Shown: positions 10,879 to 21,200 of the stretch, piece by piece
How positions within the stretch are numbered: position 1 is the stretch's first letter
How the letters are laid out: each line of letters starts with the position of its first letter
Source: Candidatus Latescibacterota bacterium
GTDB lineage: Bacteria > Latescibacterota > UBA2968 > SICM01
DNA length: 64,000 bases
NCBI GenBank assembly: GCA_965217865.1
Contig: CBDCJO010000002.1
Location: 1,856,001-1,920,000 of the forward strand
Direction: 5' to 3'
Program-made: the position numbers and the translations under genes
Notes under the pieces: model-generated
Told to the model about the DNA's origin: nothing
What the model saw: only the letters and a program-made list of their open reading frames with translations
Database searches by the model: none

Positions 10879-13800
10879 CCACCGATTCCTGGATCGTCGA
10901 TTCCATAGGCAACGACAAGGTCCGCGATGCCACTATTGAGGCGGGACGGCGGCGGCTCCAGGGTGCGCTCAGTGTCGCCGAGTCCAAACAGCTAACTGAC
11001 GAGCAACTGCGGTTCATCGCCAATGGCCTTGAGATTCGCGTATTCGACCTACTTGACGATGGGAACCCCAATGAACTCTCCACTGCGGCCGCGGAAGTAT
11101 TTCAGGTAGCACGGGTCCTGCCAGTGCCAGAAAAGGCCATGGAGGCAGCTGAAGCACTTGTGCGACTTGGATGCCTTGGCGTCTTGGGAGAGCGTGGTGC
11201 TGATGTCCGACGGCTCCTTCTCGAAAAGGAAATCCCCCCGCTACCAATTGATGCGCCCGATTGGGGAGTGCGCGTCTGGGCGACCATTCTGGACGTTTGG
11301 TTGCGCCTTTTTCGCAAGAGAGGTTGGGACGACCTTGATGCTGTTCAAGAGCGAGTCGCACGTATTCGCTCGGAGCAGAGCAGCTTCGAGCCACCATTCC
11401 TGAGTCAGGCGGAAGAGCAAAGAAACGCAAGGCCGGCGTGGGAGCTTGTTTCTGCCTACCACTTGGCCAAAGCCGCCGAGATTGTCGGCGTTTACCAATC
11501 CCAAGGATCAGTCGACGGACACTACGACGTACAGGAGCAACTCGAAGCGCAGTTCGACCGGGCTATCGCTGCGGCGGGCCGTGGGCAACTCATGGAGCGG
11601 GAGGCGTTGACACGCCTGCTCGCTCTAACCGCCCAGACACTTGTGGACAGCAGTATCTGGACAGTTACGCGTTCCGTGAATAGTCGCGTTACCAAGTTTG
11701 TCGAGTCAATGGTTTCACGTCAGAGCCAGCAACCGATCTTCGAAATGCTGCCTCCGCAGCGACGCACTCTTCGCGAGGAGGGATTGCTCGGATCAGGTCA
11801 CCGCTCTGTCGTCGTGAGCCTCCCGACGTCGAGCGGCAAGACATTCATTGCAGAGTTTCGAATCCTCCAAGCGCTGAATCAGTTTGACCAGGAGCGCGGA
11901 TGGGTAGCGTATCTTGCGCCGACACGCGCTTTGGTCAACCAGTTGACTCTTCGCCTGCGACGGGACTTCGCGGAAATCGGCTGCGGTGTCGAGAAAGTCA
12001 GTCCTGCGCTGGAGATCGATGGTCTAGAAGCCGATATGCTCCTTGAGCGGGAATCTGACCTGCAGTTTCGTATCCTCATTACGACTCCCGAGAAGCTCGA
12101 TCTCATGCTGCGAAATGGTTGGGAGCGAACGATTGGGAGACCATTGACCCTCGTCGTTGTGGACGAGGCCCATGGTATCGCGTCTACGGCACGCGGCTTG
12201 AGGCTGGAGCTGTTGCTTGCCACTGTCAACCGTGAGTGCCGATATGCGCAGTTCCTTTTGCTTACACCATTCATTCATAATGCGGGCGAGATTGCACGAT
12301 GGTTGGCACCCGACAGCAACAAGAGCATCGAACTTGGCGTGGATTGGGTACCCAACGACCGTGTAATTGCCACGGCCCGTCCGCAGAAAGGTGAAGCTCG
12401 CGGCGATTTTCGAGTTGAGTTCACAAGTCAGCATACGACTCGGAAGACAATCCAAATTCCCGAAGCGCTGTCGATCGACATCCAACGCCCGTTGGGGCTG
12501 TCTTGGTCCGATGTTTCCAGATCGCCCGGCAAACTCGCGGCGGCGACGGGTCAGATTCTTCAGCGCCGTGGCACTGTGATTGTCCTTGTCGACAAGCCAA
12601 ATAACAGTTGGGGCGTGGCTGACGCGTTCAAAGTAGACGAGAACCGTCATGAGGTCGAAAGTGAAGACCTCAAGCATATCCAGAATTTCCTGGTAGATGA
12701 AATGGGGTCTGACTTCCCTTTGACATCGCTACTTGGATACGGCATTGGCGTGCACCACTCCGGACTTTCGGAAGACACTAGAACCATTATTGAGTGGTTA
12801 ACAGAAAAAGCGATGCTACGAGTGTTAGTTGCGACCACGACTATTGCGCAGGGTGTCAACTTTCCCGTCTCGGGAGTGGTTTTCGCCAGCCACCAGTATC
12901 CCTATGGGCAAGACATGCCGCCCGAAGATTTCTGGAACATCGCAGGGCGGGCCGGCCGCGTCGATCAAGGCGACCTCGGAATAGTGGCGCTGGCAGGACA
13001 TGACGACACGAAAGTAAGGAAGATTGAGGAGTTCATTGGTCGATCTGTGAGCGCTTTGAACTCAACGCTGATTGACATGATTCAGAAGGTGTACGCCGAG
13101 GGAAACGTGTTGAGGCTCGAGACTCTATCTTGGCGGCCTGAGTGGTCAGCGTTCCTGCAATACCTCGCCCACACCTACAGACAAATCGGTGATCACGAAC
13201 GGTTCGCGGCCGAGGTCGAACAGGTCCTTCGGGGGACCCTTGGATTCCAGGCTCTACGCAGGAACCATCAGGGCTGGGCGGATGAGCTGGTTAATAGCGT
13301 GTACAGCTACGCAGAGCGCATCAAAGGGAAGCCACTTCAGCTCGTAGACCTAACAGGATTCTCTTGGGAGTCGGTCAGCAATACGTTGCGCCGTCTGAAT
13401 GAGGCGCAATTGTCGAGTGAGGTCTGGTCTCCAGATCTTTTTGGGAGGCGCCGTGATGACCTGCAGCGGATGATAGGGGTGCTGCTTCAGGTCCCAGAAC
13501 TTAGAGAACCGCTCAAGGAGGTCACCGGCGGACCACGACCTGATGGGGACACCCTATCTCGGATAATCTGCGACTGGGTTCAAGGCCGTCCACTCGCCGA
13601 AATGGCTACCGAGTACTTCGCGATGAAGTCAGGAGACGAAGTGGAAGGCTATGGTGATGCAGTGGCGGCGATGACGAAATGTTGTACGAGAGTTTTTGGA
13701 CGGCTGACGCAGACGGCATCCTGGGGCTTGGCCGCGCTCCAGGCTCTGACAATCGGGGACACATTTGATTCATTGTCGGCGAACGAGCAGCGGACACTGC

Positions 13801-14045
13801 GAAACCTGCCGGCGCGAGTCTACTACGGTGTGAACTCCGATGAAGCGGTGGCCCTCCGCATTCTGGGTGTCCCTCGGACAGCTGCAGTGCCGCTAGCACA
13901 ACAGCTCGGGGTAGGGACAGCCGAGCCACTGCACCAAGTGCGAGGTAGGGTTCGCGAGGCAGGTGTCGATACATGGAGGGCTGCTCTGGGTGAACGAGGC
14001 GCGAGCTACCACCATGTGTGGTCGATCATCGAGGGTGAAGTGTGA
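10875..14045 (+). CDS. Ski2-like DEAD/DEAH-box helicase, HamB-like
   Basis: PTSSGKT, APTRALVNQ, TTPEKLD, VVDEAH, GVHHSGL, ATTTIAQGVNFP, NIAGRAGR; ~290-aa helical N-terminal region. Confidence 0.8.
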   Translation: MTTDSWIVDSIGNDKVRDATIEAGRRRLQGALSVAESKQLTDEQLRFIANGLEIRVFDLLDDGNPNELSTAAAEVFQVARVLPVPEKAMEAAEALVRLGCLGVLGERGADVRRLLLEKEIPPLPIDAPDWGVRVWATILDVWLRLFRKRGWDDLDAVQERVARIRSEQSSFEPPFLSQAEEQRNARPAWELVSAYHLAKAAEIVGVYQSQGSVDGHYDVQEQLEAQFDRAIAAAGRGQLMEREALTRLLALTAQTLVDSSIWTVTRSVNSRVTKFVESMVSRQSQQPIFEMLPPQRRTLREEGLLGSGHRSVVVSLPTSSGKTFIAEFRILQALNQFDQERGWVAYLAPTRALVNQLTLRLRRDFAEIGCGVEKVSPALEIDGLEADMLLERESDLQFRILITTPEKLDLMLRNGWERTIGRPLTLVVVDEAHGIASTARGLRLELLLATVNRECRYAQFLLLTPFIHNAGEIARWLAPDSNKSIELGVDWVPNDRVIATARPQKGEARGDFRVEFTSQHTTRKTIQIPEALSIDIQRPLGLSWSDVSRSPGKLAAATGQILQRRGTVIVLVDKPNNSWGVADAFKVDENRHEVESEDLKHIQNFLVDEMGSDFPLTSLLGYGIGVHHSGLSEDTRTIIEWLTEKAMLRVLVATTTIAQGVNFPVSGVVFASHQYPYGQDMPPEDFWNIAGRAGRVDQGDLGIVALAGHDDTKVRKIEEFIGRSVSALNSTLIDMIQKVYAEGNVLRLETLSWRPEWSAFLQYLAHTYRQIGDHERFAAEVEQVLRGTLGFQALRRNHQGWADELVNSVYSYAERIKGKPLQLVDLTGFSWESVSNTLRRLNEAQLSSEVWSPDLFGRRRDDLQRMIGVLLQVPELREPLKEVTGGPRPDGDTLSRIICDWVQGRPLAEMATEYFAMKSGDEVEGYGDAVAAMTKCCTRVFGRLTQTASWGLAALQALTIGDTFDSLSANEQRTLRNLPARVYYGVNSDEAVALRILGVPRTAAVPLAQQLGVGTAEPLHQVRGRVREAGVDTWRAALGERGASYHHVWSIIEGEV

Positions 14046-14192
14046 CCGCAGGATCAAATCCGGTGGTGGAACTGGCGAGCACGACAGGCCTGCCACGCCC
14101 CGATATCGAGAATGCCGACGGGAATGTGGCGTGCTTGCCCGACGCTCGGTTCGCGGGTTGACCGGTGTGTCCACTGGTCGCGGTTCAGTACG

Positions 14193-14265
14193 GGCCGGTT
14201 CGACGAATGGCTCGACCTGACGTAGCCAGTACCCCGACTCCTCGACATGGTGCGCGAGCCCTATC
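14193..14265 (+). pseudogene. Short 3' scrap of a SRAP gene
   Basis: gaatggctcgacctgacg...cgactcctcgacatggtgcgcga matches 18053-18110 and 55352-55410. Confidence 0.6.
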
Positions 14266-14334
14266 AGCCCGTTGAAGAACTACCTTTCAACGCACATAAA
14301 CGGAAAAGACGCCTGGAGTGCGGGTCGGATAAAT

Positions 14335-15937
14335 CAACGCGGGCAAAAGCCGGGTACTCCATGACATCGAAGATCACGCCTCAAAGTCATCAACAGGTGT
14401 CGTTGTTAAGGAGGTTACGTTCACGTACTCGGGTACTGTTGATGAACTGACCTCCTATATCAAGAAGCACTCTACATTGGACGAATCCGGCCGCGACCCC
14501 GTCTATAGGGGCTACCGATTTGCAGTGCGATCTGGGCTGCTGTCGCAACTATGGAACCGCCCACTGAGGGAGCTAACTCCCCTTTTCTGCATGCGAATTC
14601 CAACCGAGAAACGCATTACGGATAGTGATCCTGTTCAAGCGGTGGCCTTTCTTGATGAGCCCGGATCTCATCCGATCCACATGCTGTACAAGAACGACGC
14701 ACTTGAGCGCCGGATTAGTGAGTTTTTCTACCGTGCGTTTGGTGAACACCTGATTGTTTTTCGCCTGGGTGGCAGCACGATCCCGCTCTTGGTCGGAGAG
14801 TACTTTGGGCCCGAAGACGGTGAAGACCGAGTCTCCGAGTCCTACAACGTGCGGTTGCGGGAATCCACCACACCGTTAAAAGAACAAGGCGATGGCATGC
14901 GTAGCTTTGCCAGTGTCGTACTACATCTCCTGACTCCTATTACTTCATCTATTCTGCTCCTCGACGAGCCCGAAGCATATCTTCATCCACCACAGGCGCG
15001 ATTGCTCGGGGAAATCATCGCGACTGAACGTCAGGACCTTACTCAACTATTTGTAGCGACACACAGCCCGGACGTGCTTCAGGGTTTGCTCAACGTTGTG
15101 AACGTAGACCATCTTCGCGTAATCCGCATCGAGCGAGATGGAGATGTGAACCACATCAAGGAGCTGAATAAAGATCAAGCAAGAGAGATTGGTAGTGATC
15201 CTCTGATGAAATACTCGTCTGTGTTGTCAGGCGTCTTTCACGAACGCGTCATAATCTGTGAGGCGGACACCGACTGCATGTTCTACAGTTCTCTATTGGA
15301 CATTCCTGAAGTACATGGTGGTCCTCAACCTGACGTTTTATTCGTCCACGCGAGCGGTAAGCACCGTATGGCCGTTCAGGCCCGAGCGTTAGCAGCACTC
15401 GGAGTTCATGTCGATGTCATCGCGGATATGGACGTGCTCCAAGAGGAAGCGGATTTGCAAAGAATATTCGAAGCTCTTGGAGGCGATTGGTCAAGGGTAC
15501 AGGCAAAAGTGAGAAGCGTGAGAACAGCAATCGAAACTCATAAGCCCTGGTTGAACGCCGAAGAAGTGTCAAAGGGTATTCGGACGGAACTAGAGGGCGT
15601 TGGTCAAGCAGGTGAATTTCCACGGTCAGCCCAGCAAGACATTACCGCGTATTTTCGCAAGGCATCACCATGGGATGTCGTTAAGGATACTGGAGAGGCC
15701 GCCATACCCTCCGGACAGGCTACGACGGAGTACGGGGAGCTGAGGGAGGCCTTTCAACACAAGGGGTTGTGGATCGTTCCGGTCGGTGAGCTTGAAGGCT
15801 TCTGCAAGAATGTCGGGGGACATGGACCCAGGTGGGTCCAAGAGGTCATTGGAAAGTACGATCTGGTGAACTCTGATGAGCTGAGGATAGCTCGTGAATT
15901 CGTTGGCAAAGTGTGGCAAGCGAGGAGAGCCTCGTGA
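14335..15937 (+). pseudogene. OLD-family nuclease, 3' part (ATPase lacking its N-terminus, plus TOPRIM)
   Basis: In-frame TAA at 14330 directly before INAGKS, so Walker A is cut. Walker B LLLDEPE; TOPRIM IICEADTD...VIADMD. Confidence 0.75.
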
Positions 15938-15991
15938 ACCGAACGGGACTCATCGTAAGCTCCTCCTTCGACACGCCGTAAGAATGTGCCG

Positions 15992-17395
15992 ATGACGCCC
16001 GAACAACTCACAGCGCTGGTCGCGACAGGCGAGTCCGAGACGCTGGAGTTCAAGAGCACGACCGGGACCCGTCGTGAGGCGGCCAGGACGGTGTGCGCCA
16101 TGCTCAACCAGCGCGGTGGGCACGTGCTGTTCGGTGTCACGTCGAGAGGAGATGTGGTCGGGCAGCAGGTGAGCGAGCGAACGATTGAAGAGGTGAGTGC
16201 CGAGATCCAAAGGATCGACCCGCCGGCCTTTCCGGAGATCGAGCGGGTCCAAGTAGCGGAAGACCGGGAGGTGATTGCGGTCCGCGTGAACCAGGGCTCC
16301 GCACGTCCGTACCAGTACCGGGGCACCGCCTATCGCCGGGTTGGCAACACCACCGTGGCCTTGTCGACCGAGGAGTACAACCGGGTGCTCTTTGAGCGCA
16401 TGCACAGTGAGAAGCGCTGGGAGAACCAGCCCGCTACCGGGTGGTCGGTCGAGGACCTCGACGTGGCCGAGATTCGCAACACGGTTGCAGAGGCCGTCCG
16501 TATCGGCCGGCTGAATGAACCTGGTAGTCGGGAACCGGAGGATCTGCTGCGCGGGCTCGGGCTGATCCGCGACGGCGTCCTGTTCCGCGCGGCGGCGGTG
16601 CTGTTCAGTAACGCCGAGCGACTTGAGTTCGAAATGCCGCAGTGCCTGCTCCGTGTGGCTCGTTTCCGGGGTCTCGACCGGAGCGAATTCCTGGACAACC
16701 GACAGTTCAACGGCAACGCCTTAGAGCTGCTCTCGAGCGCGGAGCGCTTTCTACGCGACACCCTTCCCATCGCAAGCCGGTTCGAACCGGGCCGCATCCA
16801 GCGCATTGACGAACCGCTTTACCCGCCTCTGGCCACACGGGAAGCTCTGGCGAACGCCCTGTGCCATCGGGATTATGCGTTGGGCGGCGGCTCGGTGGGG
16901 CTGGCGGTGTACGACGACCGTCTTGAGGTGACATCGACTGGTTCACTGCACTTTGGACTGACCCCGGACGAGCTGTTCGGGCCGCACGAGTCGAGGCCGT
17001 GGAACCCGCTGATCGCCCGCACATTCTACCGGCGCGGCATCATCGAGGAATGGGGCCGCGGAACGCTCAAGATGGCGGAGCTGGCAACCTCCGCGGGCCT
17101 ACCGCGCCCCGAGATCGAAGATGCCAGTGGAGCCGTGACGGTACGATTCCGGCACGGCCAAGTCGTGCCATCTCAGCGTAGCGGGAGCGCCGTAATCGAA
17201 AGGCAAAATGCAATTCTCGCCCTGTTGGATCGCGCGGAAGGTGGCTTGGCGTTACGCGAGATTCACGCACAATTGCCCCTAGACGTCAGCGAGCGTCAGG
17301 TAAGAAGGGCCTTAACGGAGTTGAGGGACCGTGGGCTGGCAGTGTCCACGGGCCCCGGTCCGGCGGCGCGGTGGAAGCTTTCGCAAGGCCAGTAG
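15992..17395 (+). CDS. AlbA_2 (Schlafen-like) + HATPase_c_4/RecG-C + C-terminal HTH protein
   Basis: GESETLEFKST, CAMLNQRGGHVLFGV, REALANALCHRDY, NPLIARTF, IEEWGRGT and a winged-helix tail. Confidence 0.85.
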   Translation: MTPEQLTALVATGESETLEFKSTTGTRREAARTVCAMLNQRGGHVLFGVTSRGDVVGQQVSERTIEEVSAEIQRIDPPAFPEIERVQVAEDREVIAVRVNQGSARPYQYRGTAYRRVGNTTVALSTEEYNRVLFERMHSEKRWENQPATGWSVEDLDVAEIRNTVAEAVRIGRLNEPGSREPEDLLRGLGLIRDGVLFRAAAVLFSNAERLEFEMPQCLLRVARFRGLDRSEFLDNRQFNGNALELLSSAERFLRDTLPIASRFEPGRIQRIDEPLYPPLATREALANALCHRDYALGGGSVGLAVYDDRLEVTSTGSLHFGLTPDELFGPHESRPWNPLIARTFYRRGIIEEWGRGTLKMAELATSAGLPRPEIEDASGAVTVRFRHGQVVPSQRSGSAVIERQNAILALLDRAEGGLALREIHAQLPLDVSERQVRRALTELRDRGLAVSTGPGPAARWKLSQGQ

Positions 17396-17402
17396 AGGTG
17401 CC

Positions 17403-17457
17403 ATTAGACCCCTATCTGACCCCCAGGGGTCTAATAGGGGTCAAATGGGGGTCTGAT
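17403..17457. repeat. Array of five abutting 11-bp units (consensus RGGGGTCWRAT): two on the minus strand, three on the plus strand
   Basis: ATTAGACCCCT ATCTGACCCCC AGGGGTCTAAT AGGGGTCAAAT GGGGGTCTGAT, read directly. Confidence 0.85.
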
Positions 17458-17527
17458 TCATTGCACGCTCACGAGGGCCGCAGCTCGGGCCAGAAACTCG
17501 GGGCGAAGACGTGGAGAGCACCCGACG

Positions 17528-18223
17528 ATGTGTGGCCGTTTCACCCAGATGCTAACTTGGCGTCAGATTCACGACCTCTACAGCCTGACAGGATCGGCTC
17601 TCCCTCTGAATCTGGAGCCTCGCTACAACGGTGCGCCAACTCAGGATTTCGCGGCGTGCCGGCTCGATGACGATGGCAACCGTTCTATCGCCAAGCTCCG
17701 CTGGGGGTTGGTGCCTTCCTGGGCGAAGGACGTGAGCATGGGCACGCGTCTCATCAACGCCCGGGCAGAGACCGTCCACACCAAACCGTCCTACGGCGAT
17801 GCCTTTCGTTCTCGTCGGTGCCTAGTGCCGGCCAACGGATGGTTCGAATGGCAGGCGACCGGGCGCGGCAAGCAGCCCTACTTCCTGGTGCTCGCGGACG
17901 GATCGCCGCTGTCGTTCGCCGCGCTGTGGGAGCGCTGGGACAAGGATGAAAAATCCCTGGAGTCGTTCACCATTATCACCACGGCGGCCTCCCCGCACCT
18001 TGCCGACATCCGCCACCGACAGCCGGCGATAGTCCACCCCGGCCGGTCTGCTGAATGGCTCGATCTGACGTCGCCGGCGCCACGACTCCTCGACTTGGTG
18101 CGTGAATCCCATGGCGGCCCTTACGAGCGGCGCGCCGTCAGCACCAGAGTGAACAGCGTCCGGCACGACGATCCAGGCATTCTGGCCCCCAGGTCGGAGA
18201 GGGGACAATCGGCAACACCGTAG
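17528..18223 (+). CDS. SOS response-associated peptidase (SRAP/YedK/HMCES family)
   Basis: N-terminal MCGRF, RYNGAPTQ, WGLVPSWAKD, INARAET, RRCLVPANGWFEW, H-RQP. Confidence 0.92.
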   Translation: MCGRFTQMLTWRQIHDLYSLTGSALPLNLEPRYNGAPTQDFAACRLDDDGNRSIAKLRWGLVPSWAKDVSMGTRLINARAETVHTKPSYGDAFRSRRCLVPANGWFEWQATGRGKQPYFLVLADGSPLSFAALWERWDKDEKSLESFTIITTAASPHLADIRHRQPAIVHPGRSAEWLDLTSPAPRLLDLVRESHGGPYERRAVSTRVNSVRHDDPGILAPRSERGQSATP

Positions 18224-18238
18224 CTAGGGCTGCCTTTC

Positions 18239-21200
18239 GTGAAACGAATTGAGGATTCCTTAGAACTCAGCGCCATCGACTTGGTCGGGTACCTTAATTG
18301 CCGTCATCTTTCCGAACTGGACCGTGCGGTAGCCGAAGGTGCTTTGGCGAAGCCCAAAGTCTGGAATCAACCCCTTCTGCAAATTCTTTGGGAACAAGGT
18401 CTTGTTCACGAGCAGAACTATGTTGAGCACCTGACGAAGGACGGTGTGGAGTTTGTCAGAATTGAGGGCATAGAAGTTACAGACGAAGCGGTCTCTCAAA
18501 CGCTTGCGGCCATGAAACGAGGTGCGAGGGTGATCGTTCAGGGGGCGCTGTCCCACGATAGTTGGGTCGGACGTGCCGACATTCTGCGCCGTATCGAAGT
18601 CCCGAGTGCGATTGGCAACTGGTCGTATGAGGTGATCGACACAAAGCTCGCGCGTGAAACGAAAGCGGGAACCGTGCTCCAGCTTTGTCTCTATTCCGAT
18701 CTTCTGACAGAGGCTCAAGGCCTGGAGCCTGAGTACATGTATGTTGTCGCGCCATGGTCCGACTTTGAGCCACAGCAATATCGATTTGCGGACTACGCCG
18801 CCTATTTTCGGAAGGTGAAGCATGGTTTGTCAGCGGCTCTAGCAAAACGAGACACGGTAGGGACTTATCCCGATCCGATAGAACATTGCGACATATGCCG
18901 ATGGCGGCAAACTTGCGAAAAGCGTCGCCACGGCGATGATCACCTTTGCCTCGTGGCAGGGATCTCGAAGATTCAGATCAACGAGCTGAACCAGCGCGGG
19001 ATTACAACCGTGCGGGGCTTGGCTGGTATGCCCTTACCGCTGGATTGGAAACCGGATCGCGGCGCAGCTGAGTCCTATGGCCGCATCCGCGAGCAGGCGC
19101 GGGTTCAAATCGAAGGTCGTGAGGCCGGTGAGGGAAAATTCGAACTGTTCCCGGTGGAGACTGGATTCGGCCTCACCCGCCTTCCTGAACCGTCGGACGG
19201 GGACATTTTCTTCGACCTGGAGGGTGATCCGTTCGTTGGCGAGCACGGCCTCGAATATCTTTTCGGCTTCTTGTTCATTGGTGAAACCGGACAGACCGTA
19301 TACAGGAGTGAGTGGGCCTTTTCACGGGTCGAAGAAAAGCAGACCTTCGAGGATTTTGTCGATTTCGTCATGGCGCGCTGGGAGCAATTCCCCAGCATGC
19401 ATATCTACCACTACGCTCCTTATGAGCCGTCGGCCTTGAAGCGTCTGATGGGCCGTTACGCGACGCGGGGAGAGGAGATCGACCAGATGCTTCGCGCAGG
19501 GATATTTATCGACCTCTACCAAGTGGTACGCCGCGGTATTCGTGCGAGCGTAGAAAGCTACTCCCTAAAGCAGTTGGAATCGTTCTATTCGTTCGAACGG
19601 GAGACGGCATTGGCCGATGCGAATGCCGCCCTGGCGAATCTCCAGGCAAACCTCGAACTCAATGCCATTCCCTCAATTGCAGATGAGATTGGGGCCACTG
19701 TCGTTGCCTACAACAAGGATGATTGTCGCTCTGCCGCCGGCCTGCGGGACTGGCTAGAAACATTGCGGGCGCAGCTTGTCACTGATGGAGTAGACGTGCC
19801 CCGCCCGGAATTGGGCGATGGCGCCCCAAGCGAAAATGTCACGGATTGGCTGATCCGGATAAACGCATTGGTCGAACAGCTGAGCACAGATGTCCCTGTA
19901 GACCCGGAAGAGCGGGATGAGGAGCAGCAAGCACGTTGGATACTGGCCAACATCCTCGACTGGCACCGCAGAGAAGAAAAATCGGTGTGGTGGGAGCACT
20001 TCCGGTTGGCTGAGCTCTCTGAAGAGGATCTGCGGGATGAACGGGCTGGGCTCTCCGGTCTTAGTTTTTTGAGACAGGCCGGCGGCACCGCCAGAGCGCC
20101 GATTCACCGTTATAGGTTTCCGCCGCAAGAAACCGAGCTCCGTGGCGGCGAGGATCTCCGCAATCTCGGCGGAGACAAGCTGGGTAAGGTCGAGGCGATT
20201 TCCTTTGACGACTGCACAGTTGACATCAAGAAGCGTCAGGACAGCGTCGCGACCCACCCGCAAGCCGTCTTTGCACTTACGTACGTCAATGCGCAGGTAC
20301 TCAAGGATTCTCTCGTGCGGCTCGGTGAGTATGTGGCCCAGCATGGCCTGCGTGGAGAAGGGCCTAATCGGGTTGCCCGCGATCTCTTGTTGAAAGAAGC
20401 CCCGCGTGTCGGCGGGCAAGAGCTGCATCGTGATGGAGAAACGACAGTCGAAGCAGCTATCCGACTATGCGGGCATCTGGCTTACGGCGTTCTTGCGATT
20501 CAAGGGCCGCCCGGCGCGGGCAAGACCTTCACGGGCGGGCGCATGATTTGTGAGTTGGTGCGCCAGGGCAAGACAGTTGGCATCACGGCAAACAGTCATA
20601 AGGTCATCCACAATCTGATCGATGCGGCCATTGAAGCAGCAGGTGAGATGGACCTGGATCTGCAATGTTGCCACAAGGCTGCTCAAGTGGAGCAACCCCA
20701 GCACCGCCTTTCCTTTGCCAGGAGCAATGAAGACCTGTTTGCTGCGCTTGGAACCGGCGTATCTGTCGCTGGTGGAACCGCCTGGCTATGGTCGCGTCCT
20801 GAGGCATTCGAGACAGTCGATGTCCTGTTTGTCGATGAGGCCGCGCAAATGTCGCTCGCGAATGTGTTGGCCGTTTCGCAGGCTGCCAAAGCCGTGGTGC
20901 TGATCGGCGATCCGCAGCAGCTCGATCAACCAATTCAGGGCAGTCATCCGGACGGGACGGATGTCTCTGCGCTCGATCACATTTTGGCCGGTGAACAGAC
21001 CATATCCCCAGACAAAGGGTTGTTCCTCAAAGAAACTTGGCGGCTGCATCCTGATATATCTGCGTACACGTCCGAGCTTTTCTATGAAAGCAAGCTCAGT
21101 TCAAAAGCTGGGCTTGAAAAACAGATCATCAAGGCGGCGGGTCCGATCAGCAGTTCCGGTCTGCGTTACTTGCCCGTTGAACACGACGGCAATCAGAACT

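Noticed and set aside
17403-17457. 11-bp array as a mini-CRISPR or terminator
   Set aside because: Units abut with no spacers and there is no U-tract; kept as a repeat finding instead.
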